32,000 nt of DNA from Methanosarcinales archaeon Met12. Lineage in GTDB: Archaea; Halobacteriota; UBA148; JAJOKI01. The number at the start of each line of letters is the position of its first letter. Position 1 is the stretch's first letter. The notes beneath the pieces are model-generated. The model did not search any database. It was not told where the DNA came from and worked only from the letters and a program-made list of their open reading frames with translations. The translations under genes and the position numbers were made by a program. Shown here piece by piece: positions 30,700 to 32,000 of this stretch. The DNA lies in assembly GCA_002813105.2 (NCBI GenBank), contig CP017966.2, positions 728,312 through 760,311 of the forward strand, given 5' to 3'.

Positions 30700-31883
30700 T
30701 GCATTAGTTTTGACAACGCCTCTTCTAAATTCTTTCCGATTGATAGTATGCCATGTTTTTCCATCGCTATGAGATTGCCATTTTGGAGGGCGATCAGAGC
30801 GTTCTGAGCCAGCTCCAGGGTGCCATATGGCGCATATGCAGCCAGCGGAAGACCCAATTCTTTCCGACGCGCCAACAGTGAATCGTCATGTACGTGTATG
30901 ATGGCGCTGCATCCGAACTGTCGATAAATCAGATAGTGCAATGGCGTCTCTGAGCTCGGCTCCTTAGAACCGATGACATTGGCGATGTTCCTTTCAGAAT
31001 CGTATGCCTTGAGTAGGACTATGTCCTCTTCTTTTAGGTCGCCCAAGGACGCTTCCCCGGCGGTTATCAAAATACCATCATCGACCTTCACGCTCAGGTT
31101 ACCAGAGGAACTCTCTGTCAGATGCATTGACTTTAGTTTTCTGCCAACCTCAATGATATTACGTTTTTCCCGATGCGACACGCTCTTTCCAACGAAAACG
31201 GTCTCGAATTTGCGCCCCACATAGTTCTCACCAGAGACGATTGCAACTCCTGTGCTCGTCCCAATCCTTGTGGCCCCTGCCTTGACAAGTGCGACCGCAT
31301 CTTCATATGTGCGGATCCCGCCCGATGCCTTTATTCCCATATCCTCACCTACGACCCTTCGCATTAATTTAACATCGCGAACGGTTGCCCCCCTAAAACC
31401 AAAGCCTGTGGAGGTCTTCACGAAATCAGCACCAGATTCTCTGGCAAGCTGGCAGGCCTTTATTTTCTCCTCGTCCGTCAAAAGTCCTGTTTCGATGATG
31501 ACTTTTACTATCGCATCTCCTGCGGCATCCACAACCGTATTTATATCTTGTTTCACTGCTTCATAATCACCAGATTTCAATGCGCCGATGTTCATCACCA
31601 TGTCCATCTCTTCTGCCCCATTCACAATCGCGTTTTTCGTCTCAAACGCCTTGACACTTGGGGCGGTTGCGCCCAGCGGGAAGCCTATCACTGTGCATAC
31701 CTTGATACCAGTTCCTTTTAGCATGTCCGCCGCCAACTTAACATAGGCTGGATTGACGCAGACGGATGCGAAATGATATTTTTTCGCCTCGGCGCAAAGT
31801 CTTTTGATATCTTCAACTGTTGCATCAGGCTTTAAAAGGGTATGATCGATCATCCCTGCTAGTTTCTCTTTTGAGATGCTCAT
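30615..31883 (-). CDS. deoC: fusion protein: deoxyribose-phosphate aldolase (DeoC, class I) + class II aldolase/adducin-domain (FucA-like)
   Basis: 422 aa. The N-terminal ~225 aa carry [21 protein letters not shown] (Schiff-base Lys) and IKASGGIR. The C-terminal ~190 aa carry [21 protein letters not shown] and EKHGILSIG, which supply the Glu and three His metal ligands of class II aldolases. Confidence 0.85.
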   Translation of the reverse strand: MSISKEKLAGMIDHTLLKPDATVEDIKRLCAEAKKYHFASVCVNPAYVKLAADMLKGTGIKVCTVIGFPLGATAPSVKAFETKNAIVNGAEEMDMVMNIGALKSGDYEAVKQDINTVVDAAGDAIVKVIIETGLLTDEEKIKACQLARESGADFVKTSTGFGFRGATVRDVKLMRRVVGEDMGIKASGGIRTYEDAVALVKAGATRIGTSTGVAIVSGENYVGRKFETVFVGKSVSHREKRNIIEVGRKLKSMHLTESSSGNLSVKVDDGILITAGEASLGDLKEEDIVLLKAYDSERNIANVIGSKEPSSETPLHYLIYRQFGCSAIIHVHDDSLLARRKELGLPLAAYAPYGTLELAQNALIALQNGNLIAMEKHGILSIGKNLEEALSKLMHHPNAIKTVARKNATTVDIMNRTNSNGF

Positions 31884-31906
31884 TTTATCCTCATATACAA
31901 CCCAAG

Positions 31907-32000
31907 TGCGGGGGGCCGGATTTGAACCGACGAACTCCTGCGAGAATAGATCTTGAGTCTATCGCCGTTGGTCTTCAAGACAAGGTTATATCTCGGATTT
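31907..32000 (-). tRNA. tRNA-Leu(CAA), 3' two-thirds (5' part not recognisable inside the window)
   Basis: The minus strand reads ..AACGGCG-ATAGA-CTCAAGA-TCTAT-TCTCGCAGGAGTTC-GTCGG-TTCAAAT-CCGGC-CCCCCGC-A. This gives an anticodon arm with CAA, a long Leu-type variable arm, a T arm and the acceptor 3' strand. Confidence 0.6.

Noticed and set aside
1-32000. Pyrrolysine (in-frame TAG) or selenocysteine (TGA) recoding, given a Methanosarcinales-like host.
   Set aside because: No gene in the window looks truncated at a TAG or TGA with family homology continuing downstream in frame. No methylamine methyltransferase or selenoprotein family is present.

Overview
This is an archaeal chromosomal segment. 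The evidence is BRE/TATA-type promoters, intron-containing tRNAs, a PGF-CTERM anchor, and archaeal CobY, CbiZ and Trm1. Rnf, multihaem c-type cytochromes and a cytochrome b suggest a Methanosarcinales / ANME-2 / Methanoperedens-like organism, but that assignment is inference only. Layout: (1) 1-2639 holds the 3' end of a [NiFe]-hydrogenase large subunit, a convergent maturation protease, and a minus-strand cytochrome b + 4-haem + 12-haem cytochrome c operon. (2) 2742-8596 (minus) encodes cobT, a wHTH regulator, and a BtuFCD-like corrinoid/iron ABC importer. (3) A 95-nt divergent control region (8597-8691) contains two 15-bp palindromes. (4) 8692-14727 (plus) is a corrinoid salvage and nucleotide-loop operon: two glutaminase-less CobQ paralogues, cobD, cbiB, a cbiZ-cobZ fusion, cobS and cobY. 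(5) 14829-20303 is rnfCDGEAB plus apbE. (6) 20304-26445 is an accessory islet with six toxin-antitoxin modules, gene fragments and a recurring junction repeat. (7) 26446-32000 holds trm1, rlmE, tRNA-Glu with a 46-nt intron, a tRNA(CAU) with an apparent 290-nt intron containing a 63-nt tandem repeat, several small conserved archaeal genes, a DeoC / class II aldolase fusion, and the 3' part of tRNA-Leu(CAA). The observations most worth follow-up are the giant repeat-bearing tRNA intron, the repeat-punctuated TA cassette array, the twin truncated CobQ genes and the palindromic operators. All calls come from reading the sequence and remembered family signatures. No searches, folding or statistics were run.
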